This document shows, piece by piece, positions 38,837-48,027 of a DNA stretch of 64,000 bases; positions within the stretch are counted from its first letter, which is position 1; each line of letters begins with the position of its first letter. Under the pieces are notes generated by a model that was not told the DNA's origin, searched no databases, and saw only the letters and a program-made list of their open reading frames with translations. The DNA is taken from assembly GCA_963666365.2 (NCBI GenBank), contig CAXXNF010000002.1:128001-192000 (forward strand), read 5' to 3'. The position numbers and the translations under genes were made by a program. Source of the stretch: Syntrophales bacterium. GTDB lineage: Bacteria > Desulfobacterota > Syntrophia > Syntrophales > UBA2210.

Positions 38837-39307
38837 ATGGATCTCCGAATTATACTTGCGCTGCATGTGTGCATCGATATCGCCCTCTGCGCCGTAATAC
38901 TGATGCTTCTGAGGAAAGTGGCGATATTGACGAGGGATGGAGGGAGGGAAGGTGATGCTCCCGTCTGGCAGGACACCGCTTCTATCTCGAAAAAGGCCAC
39001 TCCTCTGAGTTTTGTAGAAACACTGGATAGTACCCTTACGGACAGCCATCCTGAGAAAAAAGACGGTGTTCCCGCCGAAAAGATGCCAAGAGTCCGTAAA
39101 GGAAAAGGGTGGTTGAAACGAATAATGAATTTTTTCCCCGGCAGGGATGCGTCACAAGATTCCATGTCGTCAGAGCGGTATCGGGCAGCGGTCAATCTCG
39201 CATCACAGGGGGTGTCCCTGGAACGCATCGCTGCAGAACTGGGACTCACTGAGGGAGAAATATCCCTTGTGCTTGATCTTGACCGCACCAGGAATGAGAG
39301 TCGCTGA
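38837..39307 (+). CDS. Membrane-anchored DUF2802/DUF6115-like protein (FipA/SwrB-like)
   Basis: N-terminal TM plus C-terminal YRAAVNLASQGVSLERIAAELGLTEGEISLVL. Confidence 0.65.
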   Translation: MDLRIILALHVCIDIALCAVILMLLRKVAILTRDGGREGDAPVWQDTASISKKATPLSFVETLDSTLTDSHPEKKDGVPAEKMPRVRKGKGWLKRIMNFFPGRDASQDSMSSERYRAAVNLASQGVSLERIAAELGLTEGEISLVLDLDRTRNESR

Positions 39308-40470
39308 TGCCCATGATTCCGGCGTCACTAATCACTTCAGTTAATTCGCGTCTTGCAATTAATCCGGGAAATTCGGCTTCCTCAATGAAGGGGCTGCCCC
39401 CTCTTGCCGTTGGAGAGGTGGTGCCTGCGCTTATTATGGAAAGCCGGGGCGGACAACAGGCGGTACTGCTGGTGAAGGGAAGTCTTGTGACGGCCCAGTC
39501 CGATCTGCCTCTCAAGAGGGGAGAGCGTCGAATGCTCGTGGTCGAAAAGCTGACCCCTCAGGTAGTGTTTAAAGTGCTTTCCGGAAACGGCTTATCCACC
39601 TCTCATGTAAATGATGCGCTTCGGCATGTACGCATGCATCCACAGTCCATTTTTCAAATGTTCTCTGAGGCCCATGCGCTCTTACGGGAGGGAGAACTTT
39701 CGGTATTGACGGATCTTCTGGGAAAGAGCGATACGGAAAAGCTGATTTCCCTGATACGATCTCTGGTGTATTCAGGAAACAGCCGGGGTGAACCGTATTT
39801 TTTAAAAGACTATCTTGAAAGAATTGGATTTCTTATGGAGCATGAACTTGCAGGCGCCGCAGCGAAACGGTTCGGCAAGGCCTGGAAAGCGCAGGGTGCG
39901 GCGGAAAACCTGAAGGTCCTTCTGATGAGCATGGGAGATAAGTTGCGTACGGCTGAGGCCGGACAAAGTCGAGTATCCCTGGGGAGGATCGGTAGATTTA
40001 TCAACGATTTTCTAAAAGCTATTGAAACGCACCAGGTACTGAACAGTGTGCTCCAAGAGTGTGAAAGGACCTACGTCTTCCAGGTGCCTCTCCACTGTGC
40101 CGCGCAGATAAGAATGGCTGAGATTTGTATCACCCTTCGTGATGAATCCGGGGAGGGGCATGATGAGGAAACGGTTGTAACCAGGGTCCAGGTGTTTCTT
40201 GATCTGGATTCACTGGGTCCCCTTCTGGTGAAAACGAACATAGTCGCAGTGACTCGCAGTCTGGAGTGCCGCATTATCTGCGACAGTGACGAGGCATCGC
40301 AGTATATCGCCCCGTTTCTCCATGAATTGCACGAAGGGCTGACGAGCACCACCGGCTGTCGTGTCAAGGAACTGACATGCAGCGTCGGCGATGTCGGCAC
40401 GGAGAGGCGCAATGCAGTGGAAGACTACATGAACTCCTTGAAAATGGAAGTTGTCGATGTGGTGGTATAA
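39307..40470 (+). CDS. Second FliK-like (YlqG-type) protein
   Basis: C-terminal region VFLDLDSLGPLLV...LHELHEGL resembles the FliK T3S4 domain; directly upstream of a free FlhB-C gene. Confidence 0.6.
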   Translation: MPMIPASLITSVNSRLAINPGNSASSMKGLPPLAVGEVVPALIMESRGGQQAVLLVKGSLVTAQSDLPLKRGERRMLVVEKLTPQVVFKVLSGNGLSTSHVNDALRHVRMHPQSIFQMFSEAHALLREGELSVLTDLLGKSDTEKLISLIRSLVYSGNSRGEPYFLKDYLERIGFLMEHELAGAAAKRFGKAWKAQGAAENLKVLLMSMGDKLRTAEAGQSRVSLGRIGRFINDFLKAIETHQVLNSVLQECERTYVFQVPLHCAAQIRMAEICITLRDESGEGHDEETVVTRVQVFLDLDSLGPLLVKTNIVAVTRSLECRIICDSDEASQYIAPFLHELHEGLTSTTGCRVKELTCSVGDVGTERRNAVEDYMNSLKMEVVDVVV

Positions 40471-40482
40471 GGAGCTGCGACA

Positions 40483-40779
40483 ATGGCTGTGAAAAAAGAT
40501 CCCGATATATCTGTTGCTGCAGCAGTAGAGTACCACGGTGCCCGGGACCAGGCGCCGCGGCTTACCGCGAAAGGGCGGGGTGCAATCGCCGAAAAAATTA
40601 TCGAACTGGCACAGAAACACAAGGTGCCTATTCGAAAGGACCCGTCCCTGGTGGAAATCCTCAGCAGGCTCGATATTGGTGAAGAAATCCCGCCGGAATT
40701 GTATCGAGCCGTGGCGGAAATCTTTGCCTTCCTTTACAAAATGAACGAGAAACACAGAGATCTGGGCCGCCATTCCTGA
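40483..40779 (+). CDS. Free-standing FlhB C-terminal-domain protein (FlhX/YlqH-like)
   Basis: AVEY...APRLTAKGRGAIAEKIIELA...IPPELYRAVAEI matches the post-NPTH part of the FlhB at 30759. Confidence 0.9.
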   Translation: MAVKKDPDISVAAAVEYHGARDQAPRLTAKGRGAIAEKIIELAQKHKVPIRKDPSLVEILSRLDIGEEIPPELYRAVAEIFAFLYKMNEKHRDLGRHS

Positions 40780-40781
40780 GG

Positions 40782-40811
40782 CGGCAATTTTTTCCCGGGA
40801 CAAATTTGCCG
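40782..40811. promoter_or_regulatory. 30-bp imperfect palindrome (candidate activator site or hairpin)
   Basis: CGGCAATTTTTTCCC|GGGACAAATTTGCCG. Confidence 0.45.
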
Positions 40812-41045
40812 ATAGGGGCCTTCGTCATTAATTCGGCAGGGGATAAAGAATCAAATGATGAATAGGAGCGACGACTTCATGAGATCCTTGTGGGAGCGGC
40901 AGTCGATTCTTGGCGCGCCTGGGATGCGCTCCATAGCTCCAAACTATTAAAAATATTGTCTATTATAGATTGTGCGTGACGTCCGAACCGTCAGATTATC
41001 GAAGGCGCTTTTATCTTTTTAAGGGAAATGAATGCGGTGCATATT

Positions 41046-41062
41046 CTGGCACACCGCTTGCT
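41046..41062 (+). promoter_or_regulatory. Sigma-54 promoter of the flgF operon
   Basis: CTGGCACACCGCTTGCT matches the consensus. Confidence 0.9.
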
Positions 41063-41090
41063 TGCCGTGTAACTGAAAGAAAAAGGGGTA

Positions 41091-41795
41091 ATGTATATGA
41101 TAGAGAGTATGGGATCCATTACTACTGAGTGTATCAGGCAGATTGAGCAGCTTGACTGCGCCATGCACAATATTGCCAATGTGGATACCACCGGATTCAA
41201 GGCTGCAATGATGTTTTTTATGAAAGACGGCGCGACACAGTCCGGAGAGGCAACGCCCCTCATTGTCAGCGATTTCTCACAGGGAATAATTCAGCGAACA
41301 GGAAATACTCTCGATATGGCGATTCAGGGGGAAGGTTTTTTCGTGGTGGAAACGGAAGACGGCTTCGGTTACACGAGGGATGGCAGGTTCCTTTTGAACA
41401 ATGACGGAGAACTGGTTACCCAGGGTGGACGTTTTGTGATGGGCAAGTCGGGTAAAATCGCCATTACCGGCAGCGACATGCAAATCAGTGAAAAAGGGGT
41501 CATCATGGTTGACGACGTTGAGGTCGATACGATCAGAGTAGCCACGTTCGAACGGCCGTCTAAGCTGGTGCGGGGTGAGGGAGGTCTCTTTACCGATCCC
41601 GATGAGACTGCCGGTCCTCAGGATGCCGAAGATGCGGCTGTTGTCTCAGGGAGCCTGGAGCTTTCAAATGTGCGTCCCATACAGGAGATGGTGAAGCTGA
41701 TCGATATTCACCGCACCTTCGAGTCTTATCAGAAAATGATGCAGACACTGCAGGAACAGGACAAACTCTCGACAACAAGCATCGGGAAAGTATAA
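41091..41795 (+). CDS. flgF: Rod protein FlgF
   Basis: NIANVDTTGFK, YTRDGRF, LELSNV; precedes flgG. Confidence 0.9.
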   Translation: MYMIESMGSITTECIRQIEQLDCAMHNIANVDTTGFKAAMMFFMKDGATQSGEATPLIVSDFSQGIIQRTGNTLDMAIQGEGFFVVETEDGFGYTRDGRFLLNNDGELVTQGGRFVMGKSGKIAITGSDMQISEKGVIMVDDVEVDTIRVATFERPSKLVRGEGGLFTDPDETAGPQDAEDAAVVSGSLELSNVRPIQEMVKLIDIHRTFESYQKMMQTLQEQDKLSTTSIGKV

Positions 41796-41833
41796 AAATA
41801 ACAGTTTGTTAAGGTACGCCGAGGAGAATATTC

Positions 41834-42616
41834 ATGATACGTGCACTGTGGACAGCCGCCACCGGAATGGAGGCGCAGCAGATAAGTCAGGATGTGATTG
41901 CAAATAATCTGGCCAATATTAATACGGTGGGATTCAAAAAGGCCCGGGCCGATTTTCAGGATCTCATGTATCAGGTCTATTCGAAGGCGGGGGCGGAAAC
42001 GACTTCGGGAAGCCAGTTGCCGGTGGGAATTGAGATCGGCATGGGGGTCAAGCCCATCGCAGTGCAGAAGATGTTCACCCAAGGTGATTACCAGCAGACA
42101 GACAGCGACTTCGACTTGGCAATAGAGGGAGACGGCTTTTTCCAGATCGATCAGATTGGCCGAACGCTGTATACCCGCAATGGAAGCTTTAAGGTCAACA
42201 GCGAAGGGTATTTATGTAATTCCGAGGGGTTTCGTCTTATTCCCGAAGTGGCGGTTCCTCCCGAGACGGCTCATTTCAATGTAGACAGCGGGGGTACATG
42301 GACGGCTGTTGACGAAACCGGTTCTCAACTTGCCACCGGAAGAATAGAACTGGCAAAATTCCTCAATCCCGCTGGTTTGAGCAGCCTTGGGCGAGGGTTG
42401 TTTGATGTCACCGAGGGGTCCGGTGAAGCGATCACCGGATATGCCGGTGAAAGCGGCATGGGGACCGTTTCCCAGCATTTTCTTGAAATGGCCAATGTTA
42501 ATGTGGTGGATGAGATGGTGAAGATGATCGTGGGGCAGCGTGCCTACGAGACGAATTCAAAGGCGATTCAAACGGCCGATTCCATGCTCCAGATGATCAA
42601 CAATTTAAAGAGGTAG
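41834..42616 (+). CDS. flgG: Distal rod protein FlgG
   Basis: MIRALWTAATGM.AQQ, FQDLMYQ, QRAYE.NSKAIQTAD. Confidence 0.96.
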   Translation: MIRALWTAATGMEAQQISQDVIANNLANINTVGFKKARADFQDLMYQVYSKAGAETTSGSQLPVGIEIGMGVKPIAVQKMFTQGDYQQTDSDFDLAIEGDGFFQIDQIGRTLYTRNGSFKVNSEGYLCNSEGFRLIPEVAVPPETAHFNVDSGGTWTAVDETGSQLATGRIELAKFLNPAGLSSLGRGLFDVTEGSGEAITGYAGESGMGTVSQHFLEMANVNVVDEMVKMIVGQRAYETNSKAIQTADSMLQMINNLKR

Positions 42617-42623
42617 TGAGGCG

Positions 42624-43352
42624 ATGAAAGGGGTAAATCGATATTTTCGGACGATGTGTGCACTAGCGGCATGTCTCTCTGTGTTCATTTTAGCTTCAGC
42701 AGATGCCTCTGATGTAAAAATGCACAGTGCCGCCATTGAGAAAATAATCATCGACTATATCGAAGAGCACATGCCCTGGCCCCGAGGTTCCCTGCGCATT
42801 GAATTCATGTCGCGGATACCCGATATTGTGCTGGAGGGCGACGAAATTACCTGCCGGGTTGAGAGTGGCAGGAATGAGGACTATATCGGCTATGCCTCAT
42901 TTGGCGTCAGATTTTATAATGGCGGCTATTTTCTCAAGGAACAGCCTGTGCGGGTACGTATAGAGGTGTTGAGAAATTTTGTCGTGGCCGGCAGATATCT
43001 CAACAGCGGAACCACGCTCGGTCCCGGTGACATCACCATTGTATCCAAGTGGGTTGATCGGTCGCCTCGCGATGTGCACACCAATCCCGACGAAGTGCTG
43101 GGCAAGGTGCTGAGAACAAGTGTTCGAAAAAACTGCGATATTAAAGACAGCATGCTCCGAAATCCCATGCTGGTGAAAACCGGCGATCTGGTGCGGATCG
43201 TGCTTATGAAAGGTGCATTGCATATGGCAACGATCGGTATATCGGAACAGAACGGCGCCATAGGAGATATCGTCAAGGTAAAAAATGCTTCATCCAACAA
43301 AAGCGTCTATGCCCGTGTGGTGGACGAATCGGTAGTAAGGGTAGATTTTTGA
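42624..43352 (+). CDS. flgA: P-ring chaperone FlgA
   Basis: Signal peptide, SAF-like region, G.IGD.VKVKN.SS.K. Confidence 0.92.
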   Translation: MKGVNRYFRTMCALAACLSVFILASADASDVKMHSAAIEKIIIDYIEEHMPWPRGSLRIEFMSRIPDIVLEGDEITCRVESGRNEDYIGYASFGVRFYNGGYFLKEQPVRVRIEVLRNFVVAGRYLNSGTTLGPGDITIVSKWVDRSPRDVHTNPDEVLGKVLRTSVRKNCDIKDSMLRNPMLVKTGDLVRIVLMKGALHMATIGISEQNGAIGDIVKVKNASSNKSVYARVVDESVVRVDF

Positions 43353-44035
43353 TGAAGAAGCAAATAGTTTCGATAACGGCGGTTATGATCTTCGCCCTTT
43401 CGCTTTCGGGATGTGTCACCACCGGTGAACCGATGAAAGCGCACACCGAGCCGATGCGGGTGCATGTGCCGGCGCCGGCACCGCGGCCGACAGGCACCAT
43501 ATGGCCGGGGGAGCAGAGACAGAATCTCCTTTTTGTGGACAGTAAGGCAAAATTTGCCGGTGATATAATTACCGTGGTCATCAACGAAACTTCCAGTGGT
43601 GAGAACAGCGCCGATACGAAGACTTCGAAAAATACGAGTCATACGGCGGGGTTGTCCGGCATGACCCAGGCCTTTCCGGACAAACGGTTCCTTGCGAAGT
43701 ACGAACTGGGAGGATCGTCGACCAGCCTGTTGTCCGGAGCAGGAAACACCAGCAGAGACGGAAAGTTAAGTGCCGTCGTCACCGCCAGGGTTACGGAAGT
43801 GCTTGCGAACGGGAATCTTGTTATTGAAGGGAAGCGATTTTTGATGGTGAATGAAGAGGAACAGTATATCGTCATATCGGGTGTGGTCAGGCCCGACGAT
43901 GTATCCGACGATAATATCGTATCATCCCAGCATATAGCCGATGCCAGAATCGTGTATACGGGACAGGGCGTTATCAACGACAAGATGCGCCCCGGGTGGA
44001 TGACCCGTGTTCTCGATTGGGTATGGCCTTTTTAG
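43349..44035 (+). CDS. flgH: L-ring lipoprotein FlgH
   Basis: Lipobox LSGC, GDIITV, VL.NGNL.IEG, SGVVRP.D, IADARI. Confidence 0.96.
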   Translation: MMKKQIVSITAVMIFALSLSGCVTTGEPMKAHTEPMRVHVPAPAPRPTGTIWPGEQRQNLLFVDSKAKFAGDIITVVINETSSGENSADTKTSKNTSHTAGLSGMTQAFPDKRFLAKYELGGSSTSLLSGAGNTSRDGKLSAVVTARVTEVLANGNLVIEGKRFLMVNEEEQYIVISGVVRPDDVSDDNIVSSQHIADARIVYTGQGVINDKMRPGWMTRVLDWVWPF

Positions 44036-44048
44036 AAGGAAGCACCAT

Positions 44049-45212
44049 ATGAAACAGCATCATCTGGCAAGAACTGCGGCTGCGCTAATGATAGTGTTTT
44101 TTCTTTCTTCTCATTCATGGGCGGCCCGGATCAAAGATATTGCCAGCATCGGCGGGGTAAGGAACAACCAGCTTATAGGGTACGGTCTGGTGGTGGGGCT
44201 TGACGGAAGCGGCGACAGCATTAAAAACGGCTTTACCGATCAGACCCTTTCCAATCTTTTAAGCAGGCAGGGGCTCTCCATGAGGGACAAAACACTGAAG
44301 TCGGATAATATTGCCTCGGTGATGGTCACTGCACTGTTACCGCCGTTTGTCAAGATCGGCGCTGCCATTGACGTGATGGTGTCGTCGATCGGTGATGCCG
44401 GCAGCCTTCTGGGGGGAACGTTGCTCATGACTCCCCTGAGAGGCGCCGATGGAAAGATCTACGCGGTGGCGCAGGGTCCGGTGACGGTGGGAGGATTTTC
44501 AGCGGGCGGCGCAAGCGGAAAGGTGAGCAAGAATCATACAACTGTCGGTTCGGTACCGAACGGTGGTCTGGTGGAGCGGGAACTCGCCTATGCTTTTGAT
44601 GAGTCAAGAAACTTTATGATCAACCTTCACCGTCCCGATTTTACCACATGCACCCGGCTTGCAGATACGCTCAATCAGAAAATGAGCGGCATCGAGGCGC
44701 GTATCGCCGATTCTGGAACCGTTGCGGTACGGACCAAGGATACCTTTGAAGGCAATATGGTTGCGCTCGTGTCTGCAATTGAACGTCTGGAAATTCCCGT
44801 CGATTCCGTGGCAAGGGTGGTGCTCAATGAAAAAACGGGTACTGTGGTGATCGGTGAAAGGGTCCGCATTTCAACAATCGCCATCGCCCATGGCAACCTG
44901 AGTATTCAGATCAAGGAACAGCAACAGGTATCACAACCGCTTCCCTTTGCTCCCGGCGGGCAGGCGGGCGCCGGACCCACTCAGGTCGGCGGCGCGACGA
45001 TTGCATCGGGCGGAAACACGGTGGTGACAAGTGACACCTCTGTCAATATCATGGAAGAGAAAAAGAAGCTGATGGTTGTTCCCGAAGGGGTTACCATTCA
45101 GGATGTCGTGAGTGCGCTGAATGCCATCGGTGTTTCACCGAGGGATTTGATCATCATACTTCAGGCAATTAAAGCAGCAGGAGCGCTTCAAGCTGATCTG
45201 GTCATCATGTAA
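44049..45212 (+). CDS. flgI: P-ring protein FlgI
   Basis: ARIKDIA..GVR.NQLIGYGLVVGL.G.GD; start at ATG 44049. Confidence 0.97.
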   Translation: MKQHHLARTAAALMIVFFLSSHSWAARIKDIASIGGVRNNQLIGYGLVVGLDGSGDSIKNGFTDQTLSNLLSRQGLSMRDKTLKSDNIASVMVTALLPPFVKIGAAIDVMVSSIGDAGSLLGGTLLMTPLRGADGKIYAVAQGPVTVGGFSAGGASGKVSKNHTTVGSVPNGGLVERELAYAFDESRNFMINLHRPDFTTCTRLADTLNQKMSGIEARIADSGTVAVRTKDTFEGNMVALVSAIERLEIPVDSVARVVLNEKTGTVVIGERVRISTIAIAHGNLSIQIKEQQQVSQPLPFAPGGQAGAGPTQVGGATIASGGNTVVTSDTSVNIMEEKKKLMVVPEGVTIQDVVSALNAIGVSPRDLIIILQAIKAAGALQADLVIM

Positions 45213-45228
45213 GGGGAGGAGAAATAAG

Positions 45229-45558
45229 ATGAATCCTGTGTCTCTGAACAGTCTGGAATTACAGAGAGGCGCCAGGGCCGCCACAAAAAAAGCCGATGGA
45301 AAGGGCGATGCCCATTTGAAAAAAATCTGCGCCGACTTTGAATCCATATTTATCTACCAGCTGTTGGAAACGATGAGAAAAACTATTCCGGAAGGGGGAT
45401 ATTTGTCGAATCAGGACTCATCCTGGAAAGATACCTGCATGGTGCTTTTCGACCAGAAGGTTGCGGAGGCCCTGGCTTCCAGGGGAACGGGCCTGGGACT
45501 GCAGAAAATTATTTATGATCAGGTAAGAAAAGACGAAAAAGTTGACGATGCGGGGTAA
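45229..45558 (+). CDS. flgJ: Short FlgJ (rod-binding domain only)
   Basis: FESIF...L..MRKT and GLGL; no muramidase domain. Confidence 0.88.
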   Translation: MNPVSLNSLELQRGARAATKKADGKGDAHLKKICADFESIFIYQLLETMRKTIPEGGYLSNQDSSWKDTCMVLFDQKVAEALASRGTGLGLQKIIYDQVRKDEKVDDAG

Positions 45559-45582
45559 AGTTTTATTGATAATTGCCGATAA
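45556..45582 (+). promoter_or_regulatory. Sigma-28 promoter of flgM
   Basis: TAAA-N15-GCCGATAA is an exact consensus match; the -35 element overlaps the flgJ stop codon. Confidence 0.92.
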
Positions 45583-45615
45583 GGTAGTAAACTACCGTTT
45601 AGGAGACCATGACCT

Positions 45616-45921
45616 ATGAAGGTATCGGAGACCAGGAACCAGGCCAGCGAATTGATTCAGCAGTACAAGATACACGAAAAAGCTGCCTCCGGTCACGAAA
45701 AGCGGGTATCCGGAAAAGCCGCTCACGAGGAGAGGGTAAGCCTTTCGGAAAAGGCGAGGGATATCAATCAGGCAAAGGCGGTCATTGCAGAGCTGCCCGA
45801 GGTGCGGGAAGAGAAGGTGATGGAACTGAAACACCGGATCGAAGAAGGAACGTACCGGGTGGACGGGGGAAAAGTGGCCGATAAAATGATTGAAGAATCC
45901 CTGCTGGATATTTTTGCATAG
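45616..45921 (+). CDS. flgM: Anti-sigma-28 factor FlgM
   Basis: VSLS, REEKV.ELK..I..GTY.VD..KVADKM. Confidence 0.93.
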   Translation: MKVSETRNQASELIQQYKIHEKAASGHEKRVSGKAAHEERVSLSEKARDINQAKAVIAELPEVREEKVMELKHRIEEGTYRVDGGKVADKMIEESLLDIFA

Positions 45922-46016
45922 CACTTCATTGTATCCTTTCTGCGGTTTTTTACTGTCTTGCGGCAAATGACGCGTGATACCCCTCCGGGGTTTCATGTCG
46001 AAGGGGTGAGTCTGCC

Positions 46017-46565
46017 GTGAATCTCATAGAAGAAACCTGTAATGGTCTGGAAATCAGTGACGAGTTGAAAGGGCTCTATGATGCTCTTGCGAGTGTTCTT
46101 CAGCAGGAAGTCGTGCTCTACCGTGAACTGACCGAGGCTTTTTCACGGGAGCGCGAGGTGCTCATGCACTTTTCCCCCGATGAGCTCTCCGAAAGCAATT
46201 CAAGGAAAGAAACCGCTATCCTGAAGGCAAAAATGCTCAGTGAGGCGAGGACGAAACTCGTGGGAAAAATTTCGAGGTCTATCGGTCTTGCCGAGCGTGA
46301 TTGCGATATGTCTACACTGATTTCCCATGCAGACGCACATCAGCGGCAGGCATTGCGGGAACTCCAGAAAACGCTGAGCAGTCTGTTCAAAGAAATGCAG
46401 GAAATGAATGAGCGGAATAAAATGCTCCTCGATTCATCGATTTTTTATGTGCAACAATCCATCGATTTCATTACCCACCTTATGACTCCCTCCTCGGTCT
46501 ACGGTATGAGCGGTGAATTGAGGGCCGGTGGACCTGTGGGCAGAATCCTCTGCCGGAAAGGGTGA
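46017..46565 (+). CDS. flgN: Export chaperone FlgN
   Basis: Helical protein with N.RN..LL motif; lies between flgM and flgK. Confidence 0.85.
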   Translation: MNLIEETCNGLEISDELKGLYDALASVLQQEVVLYRELTEAFSREREVLMHFSPDELSESNSRKETAILKAKMLSEARTKLVGKISRSIGLAERDCDMSTLISHADAHQRQALRELQKTLSSLFKEMQEMNERNKMLLDSSIFYVQQSIDFITHLMTPSSVYGMSGELRAGGPVGRILCRKG

Positions 46566-46568
46566 GCG

Positions 46569-47987
46569 ATGTCAAGCATCAACGTAATGAACATTGCAAA
46601 AACCAGTCTCCTGACCCATCAGACGGCCATTGATCTCACCGGTGCGAATATCGCCAATGTCAATACGGCCGGGTACACCCAGCAAAGGGCAATGTTAAGC
46701 TCCCTGGCCAGTACCGGCATAGGCGTCACGCAGACCCAGACAGGAGTGCAGATAGACGCCATAGAACGTGTGTACGACCGCTTCCTTGCATCGCAGATTA
46801 CCGGATCAGTGAGTGATCTCGGGTATAGTGAAATGCTGTGGGAAGAGATGGAAAAGGTGGAGATGATATTTAACGAAAGTCTGGATGGAGGAGTCGCCGA
46901 TATGCTCAACCGGTTCTGGGGAAGTTGGGAAGATCTTTCTGCCAATCCTTCCGGCCAGGCAGAGCGGGTTGCGCTTCTGTCGGTATCTGAAAGTCTTGCC
47001 TCGCTTCTTCGCTCTTCCGGGCAGGAATTGGTTGATTTGCAGGGAGACATCAACCTGCAGCTTTCGGACATGGTGATCCAGGCTAATAGTGCGATTGACG
47101 CCATTGCCGATCTCAATATGAAAATAATGGAGGGCATGTCTCAGCAGGGGAATATAAACGATCTGCTAGATAAAAGAACGGAGGCGCTCAATAGACTGGC
47201 CGGCTTTATAAATTTTAATTTTCTTGAGGATGCAAGCGGCGCCGTGAATGTGTACCTTGCAGAGGGCACTCCGCTGGTAACTGATGGGTCGGTATGGCGC
47301 CTTGAAATGCGCGCCGATGGGGAAAACTCATTCTTGTCGAATGTTGCCGTGGAGGGGATGGGAGCGGACGAATGCAGCGGAACGATCACGGGCGGCAACA
47401 TTACAGCCCTGCTTGATATGCGGGATGAAATCATAGGGGGAGATGAGGGCTATCTCACCCGTCTTGATGCCTTTGTTGCCGCGTTTGTGAAAGAAGTGAA
47501 CGCCATCCACAATTCAGGATACGATACCTATAAGAATGCGGGAGAGGACTTTTTTCTTTGTGAAGTTCGGTCTCCGGGGCAGAGCGCCCCATCGCTTCTG
47601 AATATAAGGCTGAGCGATGCCATTGCTTCAGATGTGATGAGAATCGCAGCTTCGAAAACGGTCAACGGCGACGGCGCCAATGCGCTGGCAATGAGCGCCT
47701 TAAAAGATGCCGTTGTTGCAATTGGTGCAGAGGAAGGGAACCTGAACGACCACTATGCGGCGTTTGTGTCGCGTCTGGGTCAGGATGTGGCAGACAGCGA
47801 GCGCACCTATGCGCATCAGGGAAGCCTTATGAAGCAGATGGAAAACAAGCAGCAGGAGATGTCAGGGGTTTCCATAGACGAAGAAATGATGAACCTCATC
47901 AAGTTTCAAATGGGATATCAATCGGCGGCGCGACTCTGTACCGTGGCTGAAGAGATGATAGACACGCTTATGGGGCTGGCGAGATAG
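46569..47987 (+). CDS. flgK: Hook-associated protein FlgK
   Basis: NIANVNTAGY, SGVSIDEEMMNLIKFQ..Y..AAR. Confidence 0.95.
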   Translation: MSSINVMNIAKTSLLTHQTAIDLTGANIANVNTAGYTQQRAMLSSLASTGIGVTQTQTGVQIDAIERVYDRFLASQITGSVSDLGYSEMLWEEMEKVEMIFNESLDGGVADMLNRFWGSWEDLSANPSGQAERVALLSVSESLASLLRSSGQELVDLQGDINLQLSDMVIQANSAIDAIADLNMKIMEGMSQQGNINDLLDKRTEALNRLAGFINFNFLEDASGAVNVYLAEGTPLVTDGSVWRLEMRADGENSFLSNVAVEGMGADECSGTITGGNITALLDMRDEIIGGDEGYLTRLDAFVAAFVKEVNAIHNSGYDTYKNAGEDFFLCEVRSPGQSAPSLLNIRLSDAIASDVMRIAASKTVNGDGANALAMSALKDAVVAIGAEEGNLNDHYAAFVSRLGQDVADSERTYAHQGSLMKQMENKQQEMSGVSIDEEMMNLIKFQMGYQSAARLCTVAEEMIDTLMGLAR

Positions 47988-48027
47988 CCTGTAGGAAAAC
48001 CTTGTACGAAAGGAGGGAGGGCTGAAT

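Noticed and set aside
45229..45558. Short flgJ as a pseudogene
   Set aside because: Single-domain FlgJ lacking the muramidase is common outside beta- and gammaproteobacteria.
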